Positions 38,641 to 53,105 of a DNA stretch of 64,000 nucleotides are shown piece by piece. This DNA comes from Octopus sinensis (taxonomy: Eukaryota), in NCBI RefSeq assembly GCF_006345805.1, contig NC_043021.1, positions 1,736,001 to 1,800,000 of the forward strand. The letters are read 5' to 3'. The notes under the pieces were generated by a model, which ran no database searches, was not told the origin of the DNA, and saw nothing but the letters and a program-made list of their open reading frames with translations. Made by a program: the position numbers and the translations under genes. How positions within the stretch are numbered: the first letter of the stretch is position 1; every line of letters starts with the position of its first letter.

Positions 38641-40259
38641 ACATACTATCTCCAACTTTGAAGCTAGATTTACCAGCCCCGTTAACCCAACTGGTTAATC
38701 TTCAGATGAATGAACCGAGCGATCCTTCTATTCAAAATTGTTGTGATTTTCGACTGAAATTTGACTTTGCCATTTATAAAGTTACTACAAACCATATGGC
38801 TGGACACGACACCTCAACAACACAGAAACTACAAAACACATTTTTCTTTCTTTGGAGCTTAATAATGATTTAACTGTTTCAAAAGAGAGAAACAAAACCC
38901 TGCTGTTGGATACACGAACAATTTGAAATTATATCGGGACGATTAGCACCCAGCACTAAATTATTTTACTGCGAAATAATTATGCTAACAAGCAACATTT
39001 GTGGAACATTGGAGGAAGTTAGTAAAAAGATCTGAAATTAACTTCCTTCTAAACAGTATAAATTTTTTTAAATGTGAACTACATTAGAACATCAAATGCT
39101 TTCATAATTAGCGACATTCCAACGGATACTATACTGCCTGCCAACCAAACTACATTATATGCTAAAGCAACTGACCATTGTCCTTCTATTACGACTATGG
39201 TAAGTAGCAGGCACAATAGCAATGGTCATTGTAGCAATAGCCAGGGTCATATACTCTTTTACTTGCTTCAGTCAAATGAAGCACCGCCTTTGGTCGAGCA
39301 AATCGACCCCGGGACTTATTCTTTGCAAGCCTAGTACTTATTCTATCGGTTCACTTTTGCCGAACCGCTAAGTTACGGGGACGTAAACACACCAGCATCG
39401 GTTGTCAAGCGATGTTGGGAGAACAAACACAGACACACACACACACACACACACACATACATATACACGACGGGCTTCTTTCAGTTTCCGTCTACCAAAT
39501 CCACTCACAAGGCTCTGGTCGGCCCGAGGCTATAGCAGAAGACACTTGCCCAAGATGTCACGCAGTGGGACTGAACCCGGAACCATGTGGTTGGTAAGCA
39601 AGCTACTTACCACACAGTCACTCCTGTGTCTTTAAAAATATGAAACGCTTCACGAATCTGCGTGTCATTCTTGCGGTAAAAACAACATTTTTCGAGTAAA
39701 AATAACTTTGGCTTTGAAGCACACTTTCGAAGAGAGAGAGTATTTCCTACCAAAGTACATAAAAGACTATCAGACACGATTTTAAAAGCTGTCCTTGAAA
39801 TTGGAGAGAAGTGTTTTTGCTCCAGTGTAATGAACCCTCATTCTGGTAGAATAGCGCCTGTCTGTATGTCAGGTCTACTACTGCAAAACAATACATGAAC
39901 GATACTCGAAGAGAAAGCAAAAGTAAACAACGAAAACAGTGACGTCATGAGTTCTGAAGACAAGAGAAAAAGTAAAAAATGTATTTCACTACTGCCCACA
40001 AGGGGCTAAACACAGAGGGGACAAACGGATTGTGTCGATTACATCGACCCCAGGGCGTAACTGGTACTTAATTTATCGACCCCGAAAGGATGAAAGGCAA
40101 AGTCGACCTCGGCGGAATTTGAACTCAGAACGTAACAGCAGACGAAATACGGCTACGCATTTCGCCCGGCGTGCTAACGGTTCTGCCAGCTCGCCGCCTT
40201 TAAATAATGGTTTACTGAAGACCGTCAGCCCTGTGATGATGTTTGTTGCTTGCAAACAA

Positions 40260-40780
40260 GGAAATCATTTATACGTCTCAAGTGAATAAGGAGATAACAA
40301 AAAACAGGAGATTCAGTTACAAACTGATCGCGTTGAAGTAGGAGCTTAAAAATTGTCAGTGAGAAATTACGGTACCAGAGGAGAATGACCGATGGAAAAA
40401 CAATAAACAAAACAAATTCAACCGGAACCGCCCTTAAGTTGGAGCCTAAGAGCCCTCAATGAGAAGTTTCATCAGAGGAGGATGACCAAAGGAGAACAAT
40501 AAACAAAGAATTCGACCGGAAACAGGCAGCTGTATACAGAGATATAAGATGAGAAGCAGTGAACATCATAGAAGCTCCCTCGGTAGAAAGAAACTCCCTT
40601 TGGAAGAAAATTTGGAGCGAAGAGGCAGAGTTTAACCGAAATGTTCCGTGGCTGGAAGAAATTCGAAGTAATTATTGTCCCTGCATTGCACCAAAAGCAT
40701 ACAGCATTGATGGTGATACCTTTCTGATTGAAACTTCAGGATGGAAAAGTGTTGTGTGGACGCCCCCAGACGACGAAGTA
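40260..40780 (+). mobile_element. Probable RLE-type LINE fragment upstream of the RT domain
   Basis: RRTINKEFDRKQAAVYRDI, LWKKIWSEEAEFNRNVPWLEE, SGWKS; resembles the pre-RT region of R4-like elements (from memory). Confidence 0.5.
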
Positions 40781-41363
40781 GGCTAGCCCAATACGATTAA
40801 ATAAGTACCAGTTACGCACTGGGGTCGACATAATCGACTTAATCCGTTTGTCTGTCCTTGTTTCTCCTCTCTGTGTTTAGCCCCTTGTGGGTAGTAAAGA
40901 AATAGATATTTCGTCTGCCTTTACGTTCTGAGTTCGACTTTGCCTTTCATTCTTTCGGTGTCGATAAATTAAGTACCGATTGCGTACAGGGATCGAACTA
41001 ATCGACTGCCCCCCACCAACTCTCCAAATCTTTTGGGCCTTGTGCCTCGTGTAGAAAAGAATATTGTATCATTTATTCTAATGCATGGGTATCTGCATTT
41101 CATATAATTATTCAAGTAAGTTTAATATTTGTTTAATAATCCAACTCAAAATATATTAACATATCCAGGTTGAGTATGCTGCTTCCATGGTTAATATTTA
41201 TTTTTTAAGGAGCTCGCTGACTATTCGCGATATCAATGACTGAAAAATCGGTGCTACTTTGGTGTGTGATCTACAATTTCAAGGGCGATAACTTTAGGTT
41301 AGTTTTTAGCTTCTTTCCGTTGCAAAACTCGCAGCTGCCAAACTTGTGTGATCTACGAAGCTT

Positions 41364-41489
41364 ATTACTTCCGCCTTAGCAAAGGCGGGGATATTGTTTT
41401 TCAGTTGCGTTTGTTTGTCCGTGGACAAGATATCTCAAGAACAGCTGCATGGATTCGGATGAAGCTTTCAGGAATGTTTGGCCTCGTGA
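41364..41489 (+). mobile_element. HINE/Helentron (DINE-1-like) terminal fragment
   Basis: TTATTACTTCCGCCTTAGCAAAGGCGGGGATATTGTTTT...GTTTGTTTGTCC: subterminal stem-loop plus microsatellite layout. Confidence 0.5.
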
Positions 41490-41734
41490 CTGAGGAAGCG
41501 CAGTATGTTGAAATCACATGATCTGGTAGTTATGGCAGCCATGCCAGGCGCTTCTCGTCTGCAGATGATATGTATGAGATCTTAGCACCGTACGTCTGCA
41601 TGGCAGGATCTCTCAAAGTGAATTCCGCAGTATTCACCATTCTAATTATATATCTACGTTGAGTAGGATATAAAGATTGCCATATATATATATATATATA
41701 TATACACGCGCGCGTATATACGTGTGGGGGTATA

Positions 41735-41805
<71 letters not shown>

Positions 41806-42124
41806 GATTATACGGTGATAAAAAGACATGAAGTGAACAACTAGTTCGACTAAAGGCGGTGCTCCAGCATGGCCGCAGTCAAATGACTGAAACAAGTAAA
41901 AAAACAAAAAAAAACAGAATATTTCTATCTGAATAAAGTCCGCAAGAAGGGGAATTAACTCTGCACTTCGTAGTTTAATTATCCCTAATTAGCTTTATTC
42001 CCTCCCCTACTTCTTCCCCCACCCTCTTTATTTTACTTGCATTAATTATAACAACGTATTCCTCGCCGTGAATTACATAGGAGTGTCGTCATACGTTGAC
42101 ACCTACATTAGATTTGTCATCTGG

Positions 42125-42155
<31 letters not shown>

Positions 42156-42222
42156 TTCTCTCTCTCCTTCTCTCTCTCTCTCTATCTCTCTATCTCTCTA
42201 TCTCTCTATCTCTCTATCTACC

Positions 42223-42253
<31 letters not shown>

Positions 42254-42689
42254 CTATCTCTTTCTCGCTCTCTCTCTCTTTCTATCTGTCTCCCTCTCTC
42301 TTTCATATCGCTCTCTTTCTCTCTTCCTCTTTCGCTGTCTATATACATGATACATGATATATATATGTTTCTATCTGTCTGTCTCTCTCTCTCCTTCCCC
42401 CCACTCGCTCTGTCTCCCCTTTCTCTCCCACTTTCCCACTCTCTTTCCCGTTATTTACTTAAATATACTACGCAAGAACATGTACTTACACACAAATATG
42501 CGAGCATGCACACACACATACATACATACATACATACATACATACATACATACATACATACATACATACATACATACATGCATACATACATACATACATT
42601 CATACATGCATACATACATACATACACACACACACATACATACACACATATACATACGTACTTACCTACATACTTATATATATACACAC

Positions 42690-43420
42690 ACGCAAATACT
42701 TACAACCTATTTATTAGAAGAACAGAAGCAAGTACGTGAGTACTTGGCACGAAGAACACGAACCATAGAAGAAATTTATCATGTCCAGAGCTTGGCATAG
42801 AATGCCGAGAAGCTTATGACATTCCATTTCGAAGACTACATCCAAGAACAAGAGCTCGGCACCAAGTCTTTGCAGCATAAGAGGCAGAAAACGTCGACAG
42901 AGAACAAATGTAGTCTGTGCAAGACGAAGCCTGAAGACATCGACCAGATTATTGCCAACTGCGAGAGAATGTCTTTCAGATATTCTCTTCCCATGCGGTG
43001 GCCAGAACAATCTGGAACAGGATAACCAAAAAAAGAAAACAGCTACAGACGAAGGTGACTATTCTTGAGACCGGGGGGTCGAAAGAATATTGGTGGAACG
43101 TAAAATTTAAAACAGCCACCAAGTTAAAACACAACCGGTCAGATATTGTTGTGTGGGACCACGAAGGAGAGTTCTGTTCTGTTGTGGAAATCAGCTGCCC
43201 TTTGGACGCCAATGTGGTCCGAAAAATACAAGAGAAAGGGGACATCCATGGATCATCGATAAGGAGTTTGCAAGTCCATTACCCAAGATACACTTTCAGC
43301 TTTTTACTCATTATTATTGAAGCAACAGGATACATACCGACCAGTCTGGAGCTAAGTGTGGCTGGACTTGGGATCTTGCAGTGAGAATGAAGATTATTAA
43401 ATTCGTACACTGCAAATGAT
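42690..43420 (+). mobile_element. RLE-type (R4/NeSL-like) LINE C-terminal fragment
   Basis: Degenerate zinc knuckle CSLCKTKPEDIDQIIANC; restriction-like endonuclease motif HNRSDIVVWD...VVEISCP...EK. Confidence 0.85.
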
Positions 43421-43908
43421 CGCAATATGCAATTTACCCCGTTGCTACCATGAAGATGGGCCAGTTAAAATATATTCCAAATTGAAAAGAGAAAGGGAAA
43501 ACCAAGCATATACCAACACAAGCAGGCTGAAGTACACACACATACAGCCGCATATACATCCACAGACACCCACACATGCATGCGCAAACACACACATAAA
43601 CACACACACACATATAGAGACAAACACGTACATACACGCAGAAAACCTTTCGCAGAAAAGTTTCAGATTTATCTCCCTTGCAACGTTGATTGTGGAAAAA
43701 AGCGACGAGCATTTTTTTTGCCAACAAATGTTGATCTTTCATAGTTATAACCATAAATATAGCAACTTAAGTATGTTTATCGTATATCTTAGCTTTCGTA
43801 TTTTACTCGTTTCAGCCTTAGGACTTTGGCCATGCTGGAGCGTCGCCTATCATTTAAAGCGTCGTATTTATCCTATCGCGCTGGGTGGACTTGTGCGAAT
43901 ACCTACAC

Positions 43909-44109
43909 CAGTGCTTTTCAAACTTTTTGCTGGAGCGGAACCCCAAGGAAACATTCCATTGGCTCGAGGAACCCCTGTGCAATAATTTAATAGTCTTATG
44001 CACACATATCTGCACAGGAGAATTAAAAATTACTGCCGATTTTAGCAGTTTCGTAACTTCTTGCGGAACCCCTGGACTGTACTGGCGGAACCCTGGCTGA
44101 AAACCACTG
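43909..44109. mobile_element. hAT-type MITE with perfect 8-bp TSD
   Basis: ACCTACAC|CAGTGCTTTTCAAA ... TGAAAACCACTG|ACCTACAC. Confidence 0.92.
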
Positions 44110-44637
44110 ACCTACACAAATGTGAAATGCTTGACTTTGTTTCCTCAGAAAAACGAATACTTTTTAATGGAAGTTTCTACTGGTGAAGGCTGTTTGGGAA
44201 GAAGCTTGCTCTCCTACAACATGGCTCCGAGTTCATATCACAGCGTGGCATATTGAGCAAGTGTCTTCTGCTATAGCCAAGGGGCCAACCAAAGTCATGT
44301 GAACGGATTTGGTCGAATGAAACTGAAGGAAGCCTGTCATATATACATACACATACATACATACATACATACATACATACATACATACATACATACATAC
44401 ATACATACACACACACATACATACATACATACATACATACATACATACATACATACATACATACATACACACACATACATACATACATTCATACATACAT
44501 ACATACATACACATACACACATACATACATACATACATACATACATACATACATACAACCATACATACACACATACACACACACATACATACATACATGC
44601 ATACATACATACATACATACATACATACATACATACA

Positions 44638-44669
<32 letters not shown>

Positions 44670-45399
44670 CATATATATATGTAGTTACCAGCCCTTGGTG
44701 CAGGCGTAGTAGAAGGTTCTAAGTAGGTATTGGGATTGAAGGAGTTAATAGGGGTAGAGGCAATAGATATATCTTGTAATTGAAATGGAACCAGTTCTAA
44801 ATGAAACAGATTCATTACGTGTGTTTATTATTGGCAATATGACCCTCCCGAGGTGTAACAAAATCGGTTACAACATACGTGTTTGCATCAAGAACTTCGC
44901 AAACTAAATACAAAAAGGAAATATTCTTAAAGTATTCTGTAAGAACTAGTGAAGCAGATTGACAAAGTCCTGTGCGGAATTTGAGTTGACTCTGGCGTGG
45001 GGATCCAGATCGCCAGATTATATAACCATAGGCAAAACCTTCCGGAAACTTCGTAGTAGAAATTGGCAGTAAATTTACATAACCTTTATTTGCTACACGC
45101 CAGCTGATGCTAATTGGTCGGTACATATTCACGTGGGTGTACTGTTCTCTCATGGAGCTCGTGATGTCTTTTTTGGTTATATAAGTAGGTTGTGGCTTAT
45201 AGTTGGAACTCCGAGCAAGGTGGTTCAATCCTGGCCATAGACTCGTTATACCTACCTAGTTCATAAGTCGTCAAAGCTAAACATGGTTGAATACTCACCT
45301 GATTTATGGAAAATTTCTTTCCCGTTTTGCAAATATATTTTACCGTGGGACCATCTGATGACGCATTTTCCGAGTTAAAACATCAGGTCTAATTTAAGA

Positions 45400-45850
45400 A
45401 TCCTTTATTTTAAGAACAGGCAGCAACAATGTCAAATACAATACATGTTAAAAGTATGTGTTTAAGACGTCTTTAAACATGATGTTTCAACAGCCATCCG
45501 TCTTCTCATCTCCACCCATTATTCATAGAAGAGTTGTGAAAGTAGAGACGTCGGATACTTCTTCCATTGGGTCCTATCAGAAGCAACCATCATTGCACTT
45601 TCGAGGTGTATTCTCAAGCGTGACCAGCTGAGGTATTATCCAACCTCTCGTGTTTAGTCGACCCCAAGATCTCCTGCTGGTTGGCTTGGCTTGAAGAAAC
45701 CTTCTTGCGGTTCTTTCCTGCGACAATTTAACCACATACATGTCCGTAGCACCGAAGCAGAAGCGGCTCGACCAGGAGGTATTCCCTAATGTACGAGCTA
45801 TACACCCTGTCCAGAGATCTTTCGGAGAAACCCTATATACAGTGCAGTCG
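45400..45850 (-). mobile_element. RTE-clade LINE 3' remnant (paralog of 36880-37240)
   Basis: Shared blocks TTCTTCAAGCC, TTGGATAA, TCAGCTGGTCAC, GTTGCTTCTG-TAGGACCC-ATGGA. Confidence 0.65.
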
Positions 45851-47175
45851 TAAATATCTTTCCAAATTTAATAGCGACGAATGAATTTAAAATTGGGAAC
45901 AGACATCACGAGACTTGTTCGATTCTCGAATAATTCCTCCCTATCTATTACTCTTCATTGGTGCTTTTTAATGGATCCCCCCCCCACACACACACACACA
46001 AACAGGACAAAAAATAAAGTTGACTCCGATGGAATTTGAACTCTCTCAGACCATAGACGTCGTTAGTACAATTACCGCTCCGTAAGAGTTGGCTATTCCG
46101 CCAACAGTTAACGGCTGCACCAATTCACCGCTTTCGCTGTCACCTAATAATTCTATGATTACATAAACCAAATAACTCTTTAGCATATTTTGTAACATAT
46201 TCTTCAGGTCCGACTCTGATATATGATTCTTTCCTCAATTTTTTTTTCTTGCGATTTATTCAACGTAATTAATACATGGTTTATAACTAGCTACTACAAA
46301 ACGGTGTTTAAGAAATTGATACAGGATGAGGCAAAAATCCTCCAGTATCTTAAAGCTTGACAAAAGTTCAACAACTAATAACAACTAGTACTGTTTTAAA
46401 CCATAGAAGTAACTGAATGAAAAGAAAACGGGAAAACGTTAGTTATATGAAGATACCAGTATTAGCTGCCTATCTTCCCTAACGCCATATTGTTGGCCGT
46501 ATAAAATATGGGACATTTTTCTGCCGCAGCTTGTACTTTAGTGTTGTGACCCAATTCATGACAAACAAGGATATAATATTTCATAGCCTGAAGGCGGCGA
46601 GATGGCAGAATCGTGAGCACGCCGGGCAAAAATGTTTGGCGGCATTTTGTCCGTCTTTACGTTCTGAGTTCAAATTTCGCTGAGGTACAATTTACTTTTC
46701 ATCCTTTCGGAGTCGATAAAATAAGAAATCAATTGAGTACTGAACGTAATCGAACCAATATTTGACAACTTGTTTCATGCATATCATTAAAGCAACAACA
46801 GGATAATCTCGACTTGATGGTTTTTAACTGTTCGGGATTAACTGTGAATGGATAAAGTATTGGAAGGGAACTTGGGTCGACCACCAGACAGGTCGTGGCA
46901 GAATATAATACTTATAGTGACCAATACCATTATTAAATTTCACCAAATTCATGAAAAAATCCCTCGTAAAAATTATCCCATTTCTCCTAAAGTAAGTTTG
47001 TGTAAGAATTTAATAAAATGTTTATCAACCACATGGTTCCAGGTTCAGTTTCACTGTGTGACGCCTTGGACAAGTGTCTTCTACCATAGCCCTGGGCCGA
47101 CCAAAGTGTTGTGTGAGGATTTGGGAGACAGAAACTGAGAGAAGCCCGTCGTATATATATATATATATATATATA

Positions 47176-47549
47176 CGAGCAGTATCGCCCGGCGTTGCTC
47201 AGGTTTGTAAGGGAAATAACTATAAAGCATTTTTAGAGAGTTATAGCCAAAAAAAGCAAAAAATGGAAAAAAAATGATGGTTAAATTTTTTGAGAGTTAA
47301 AAAAGGTGGAGTTCGTCCCCTAGACGGTCTGTGGTTTGGGTTTCTGATTCTCGACCCCATGTCGAATTTATCGATTTTTTTCAGAACTGGGGGAACTTTT
47401 CAAAATTTTCGCTGCGTTAGTTTTGAATTATGACATTGGGCTATGTGTGTGTCAAGTTTCATCAGAATCGGTGGAAAGCCGTGGTCAGGGTGAGGGTACA
47501 ACCTAACAGACACACAGAAACACGCACAGACAAACTGCCGTTTATATAA

Positions 47550-47554
<5 letters not shown>
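47176..47554 (-). mobile_element. Non-autonomous Helitron-like element (Lep1-like layout)
   Basis: Minus strand: A|TC 5' end, (CTGT)-like microsatellite, GC hairpin near the 3' end, CTCG|T (CTAG variant). Confidence 0.65.
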
Positions 47555-47585
<31 letters not shown>

Positions 47586-47737
47586 CTCTTTCGCCACAAC
47601 TTTCTCTCACTCTTCTTCTGTTGGCCTGCTCGCTTCAGCCAGCGGGGTGGCGTCATTTGGAGGCTAAAACAATGCGGCGCATTGTGACCAGTGATGTGTA
47701 GCAACATCTGATAGCCTGGTCCGTCACGGTGATCACG

Positions 47738-47787
<50 letters not shown>

Positions 47788-47800
47788 TACACTACACACA

Positions 47801-48223
47801 CATTGATCCCTCAACTATCACGGATGTTACGTTCCAAACTCCACGTCCAAATCCGCGAAGTAGAATCAGTACTATGGAAAACAACACCACAAACTATCTC
47901 GCGAGTTTCGTTTTCCATACACTAAGTGCAATTTTTTGTTTACTCATCTACGGTACATTACGTATTTTCTTTTCAATTAATGTGTTATACAGTACAGTAC
48001 TATACTGTATTTTATTATTTATTAATTAATTTATTTTTTAGACGTGAAAATGCTTATTCTATCTCAAAAATAATTGAAATGCAAAGAAATATAAATACCT
48101 AGAGCCACAGAAACCCGCGAAATACTGAGGAGTCCGCGATATAAATTTACATATATTAGCCAGAAAAATCCGTGATGTACTGAGGGCGCGATGAGCGAAC
48201 CGCGATATGGCAAGAGATTACAG
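47801..48223. mobile_element. pogo/Tigger-like MITE, uninterrupted copy
   Basis: CATTGATCCCTC ... GAGATTACAG-TA; internal sequence similar to 30745-31638. Confidence 0.75.
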
Positions 48224-49169
48224 TATACAGTGTGTGTGTTATATAAGACATTCTATTGTAAAAATTGCCTGGCAACGACGGGCTATTCAACTAGTGTGTG
48301 TGTATATATATATATATACTCTTTACTCTTTTACTCTTTTACTTGTTTCAGTCATTTGACTGCGGGCATGCTGGAGCACCACCTTTAGTCGAGCAAATCG
48401 ACCCCGGGACTTATTCTTTGTAAGCCCAGTACTTATTCTATCGCTCCCTTTTTGCCGAACCGCTAAGTGACGGGGACGTAAACACACCAGCATCGGTTGT
48501 CAAGCGATGTTGGGGGGACAAACACAGACACACAAACATATACACACACATACATATATATATATACATACACATATATACGACAGGCTTCTTTCAGTTT
48601 CCGTCTACTAAATCCACTCACAAGGCATTGGTCGGCCCGAGGCTATAGCAGAAGACACTTGCCCAAGATGCCACGCAGTGGGACTGAACCCGGAACCATG
48701 TGGTTGGTAAGCAAGCTACTTACCACACAGCCACCCTATATATATATACCAAATCTACACCACATACAATGAAGTGGAAAATCGTAGAAAAATTCGTGCA
48801 AATGTTAATGGATGAAAAAGTGCAAGTTATGCGTAGTTGAGAAATTGCATATCCTTTGTAGATCTAAGAATTCCACCACACCGTTGAACTCCAGATCAGA
48901 AACTTTTAGCAAATGCAAACACGTGGACAAGTTTCTTTTGCCAAATTGGAGAACATAACCCTCTCCGGATTGAGCAGCTATATCACAGAGTTTGAACCCC
49001 ACTCCGTTGGTGTTTCAATCGACTGGCTTTTGTGGCTTAACGCTCGAAGGGGACATAACTCTAAATCCTTCTTTCCTTTTCCAATTCTGGTCCGGAAAAA
49101 ATCAGTAATCCGCAATGGCTCTAGCGACATAGATTCCAGAAAATCGATGTTGTACCGGATGTTGTAGAA

Positions 49170-49172
49170 GAT

Positions 49173-49207
<35 letters not shown>

Positions 49208-49524
49208 CACACATATATATATATATACCATACATACGTGCAAGAGGCATATATATGGTCACACACCCACATATATATATGTCTCTTAAACATATGCACA
49301 CGTGTTCAGATATGCCCTCCACACATGCACTCACATGCCTTAGTTTCCTTACACACACACACACACACACACATATACACTCACACACACACACACACAC
49401 CACACACGCACACACACACACGCACACACACACTCACACACACACTAACTCACACACACACACACACACACTCACACACAAACACACACACACACTCACT
49501 CACACACACAAACACACACACACT

Positions 49525-49556
<32 letters not shown>

Positions 49557-49870
49557 CACACGCACACACACTCACACACACACTCACACACACACACACA
49601 TACACAAACACACACTCACACAACAAACACGCACACACACCACACACTCACCACACACGCACTCACTCACACACACACACACTCACACACACTCACACAC
49701 AAACACTCACACACACACACTCACACACACACTCACACACACACCTACGCACGCACATGCCCAAACATCCGCCACCCTACACATTTCACGGGCTTACACC
49801 GCTAACACGCAAACGTATTCACATACATGCACACACTCATGCATACAGGACACACACACACACAAATTCC
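49170..49870. repeat. (AC)n-rich compound microsatellite
   Basis: Direct reading. Confidence 0.9.
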
Positions 49871-49907
49871 TAACACATGCAAACACCTTCCCCGTCCCCT
49901 CCCCCGA

Positions 49908-50046
49908 CACCTGCAACCCGCCCACCTGCCCGCCCCACCTGCAACCCGCCCACCTGCCCGCCCCACATGCAACCCGCCCACCTGCCCGCCCCACCTGCCC
50001 GCCCCACCTGCAACCCGCCCACCTGCCCGCCCCACATGCACACCTG
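49908..50046. repeat. GC-rich minisatellite (CACCTGCAACCCGCC + CACCTGCCCGCCC, 28-bp composite)
   Basis: Alternating 15- and 13-bp subunits read directly. Confidence 0.9.
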
Positions 50047-50500
50047 TCGAGGTTTGCATGTTAGCTAAAGCTTTTTTTTTTTACTAAGTAGCACAGCTTA
50101 CACGTGAACAGGTGGGTAGTGCACGCGGGTGCGTGCGTGCGTGTGTGGGGGCGTTGTGTGAGTGAACGTGCGTGCGTGTGTAAATGTGTGTGCACGCGTG
50201 TGTGTGTGTGTGTGTGTGTATGAATATGTATATGTATGTATACATAAATACACACACACACACAGACATATATATATAGGTTTGCATGCATGTATATGTT
50301 TGTATATACATGTGCATATATGTGCGTTCGTTATATCTGTACACACACACATATATGGAGGTATGTATATATATATATATATACACATATATATGTATAT
50401 ATATGTGTATATATATAGGTATATATATATATATACCTATATATATATAGCTATATTATATGTATATTATATATATAGCTATATATATATATACTATTAT

Positions 50501-50536
<36 letters not shown>

Positions 50537-50539
50537 TTA

Positions 50540-50601
<62 letters not shown>

Positions 50602-50779
50602 ATATATAAATTTATATATATATATATTATATATATTATATATATATATTATATATATATAATATATACATACATACATGCATGCATATACACACGCACA
50701 CACATGTATTATATATATACACACGCACGCAAATGTACATGTGCCTGTGTACGGCTGGTCTGAATGTACGTGTATGCGC

Positions 50780-50811
<32 letters not shown>

Positions 50812-51097
50812 TTTGTATGATAGGGTGGTGGGAGGGAGGGCGGCGGCAGTGAGAGGAAGTTGCAACAGATAGAGATCGGTCTATTGATCTGTGAAAGACA
50901 AAAGACAGCGGCTGCCATAATGCATCCCATTTGCATGCGTTTCGTGGCTGTTCTTCTTATCTGCGATTTAGTGCCACTGTTTGTCTGCCTGCCTCTGTGT
51001 GTGTGTGTGTGTGTGCGTGCGTGCGTGTTCTTCAGTCGAACACTAATCTCTCGCTCTCTCCCACCCCTCTCTTTCTCTTTCTTTCACTCGCCGTCTT

Positions 51098-51143
<46 letters not shown>

Positions 51144-51194
51144 TTTATCTATCTAGATAGGTAGATAGATACATATACACATGCATGTATGAGT

Positions 51195-51512
<318 letters not shown>

Positions 51513-51631
51513 TTTAAATGCACATACGCATGTATCTCTGTATCTGATATGTGACGTCTGCTTATGTGATTTTGATCTGTATATGACTAAGCTTTGGTTT
51601 TAGATTCGGTCACAGATATTTATGCATGTGT

Positions 51632-51672
<41 letters not shown>

Positions 51673-51844
51673 CATATATATATATATGCGCACACACAAG
51701 TAAGAACATCAATACCAAACGAGGTGGACAAAAAATAGTACTCGAATACCAAAGATAGAGTAATGTGCTTTTATTAAAGACGAAAATTTTTCACAAAACT
51801 GTTACTCAGACTTTCATCTTCCCGAGTTTTACATCGTATATGTT

Positions 51845-53105
51845 AGTAAGTTAATTTTGGGGGGGCTCAAAAAGCAAAAAGCAAGGCCATGTAGGGGGAC
51901 ATGGAGTTATGTACAGGGTGGTGTTCATGTAAAGAGTTTAGGCCACTTGAGGTCAAGGGAGACTTTGAACCGAGCGGTCGTCAGCATCTTTACTATCTCG
52001 TCCGGCAGCTTATTCCACGGATTCGCAACCCGGACGGAGAAAGCCCCTCTCCTTCGATTGAGATGAAATCGTCGCGGATAGAGCTTTTCGGAATGACCCC
52101 GCAGCCGACGCTCTGGAGCAGGAGTGAAGAACAGCTCTTTCGAGTGGTTACACTTTCCGCTTATGATGTTGTGTGCAAGAATGAGATCTCCACGGCGACG
52201 TCGTTTTTCTAGAGAATAAAGGTCGAGCGTCTTCAGCATTTCTTCATAAGACAAATTCTTGAGACCAAGAACCATGCGGGTAGCCAGCTTCTGGACTCTT
52301 TCGAGATGCTGTATGTCTTTGAGGAGATAAGGAGAAGAGGCTTGAATCCCGTACTCCAATATGGGTCTCACCAGCGTGACATAGAGCGGTAGGAATATGG
52401 CTGCTGTGAGCATTCCGAATGACCGTCGAATCAAGAACAGAATTCCGCGTGCTTTGTTGGTAGCATGGACGCGAAAGCGAAAAGGAGGAATCCACCAAGA
52501 TACCCAGGTCCTTTACCTGATCGGTCATCTCCAGCAGCAGACGACCCGGCTCGAAATCAAGTTGAGTTGCAGGAGGAGAGCCAACAGGAAGATGACAGCA
52601 CTTTGACACGTTCAGACACAGGTCCCATTCGTTAGACCATCTCCAAATTTGGTGGAGGCATCGACGAAGATCCTCTATATCACCGCGAGGAGCGACCAGT
52701 TTGACATCGTCGGCAAATAGAAGGGTGTGTTGCGTGAGGTCGTCAGGCAAGTCATTTATGAAGACTAAGAACAATAAGGGCCCAAGCACTGAACCTTGAG
52801 GCACGCCACTGCTCGCACTGGAGACGTCGGACCGCGAACCATTAACTTGGACTTGGAAGAGCGATCTGAGAGGAAGGCACCAACCCATCGTACAATATCC
52901 AAATGGATACTATATGCTTAAAGCTTGACAAGTAATAGGCGGTGGTTTACCGAGTCAAAAGCTTTGGCAAAGTCCAATAAAACGATGTCAACAGCATCAC
53001 TATCATCTTCGGCACGAAGCCGTGTTAGGAATCAGAGATAGAGGCTGTGTTTTGGAGGTGGAGCATCATACTTTTCTTAAGGATGGTTTCGAACATCTTG
53101 CTGAT
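51845..53105 (-). mobile_element. 5'-truncated CR1-type LINE (RT + C-terminus), frameshifted
   Basis: LLDFAKAFDSVNH, SGVPQGSVLGPLLFLVFINDL, LLFADDVKL, LYVTLVRPILEY, LERVQKLATRM, FSVRVANPWNKLP. Confidence 0.93.

Noticed and set aside
45354-45390. CTGATGA...CATCAG hairpin
   Set aside because: No GAAA/NUH arrangement; simple short inverted repeat.
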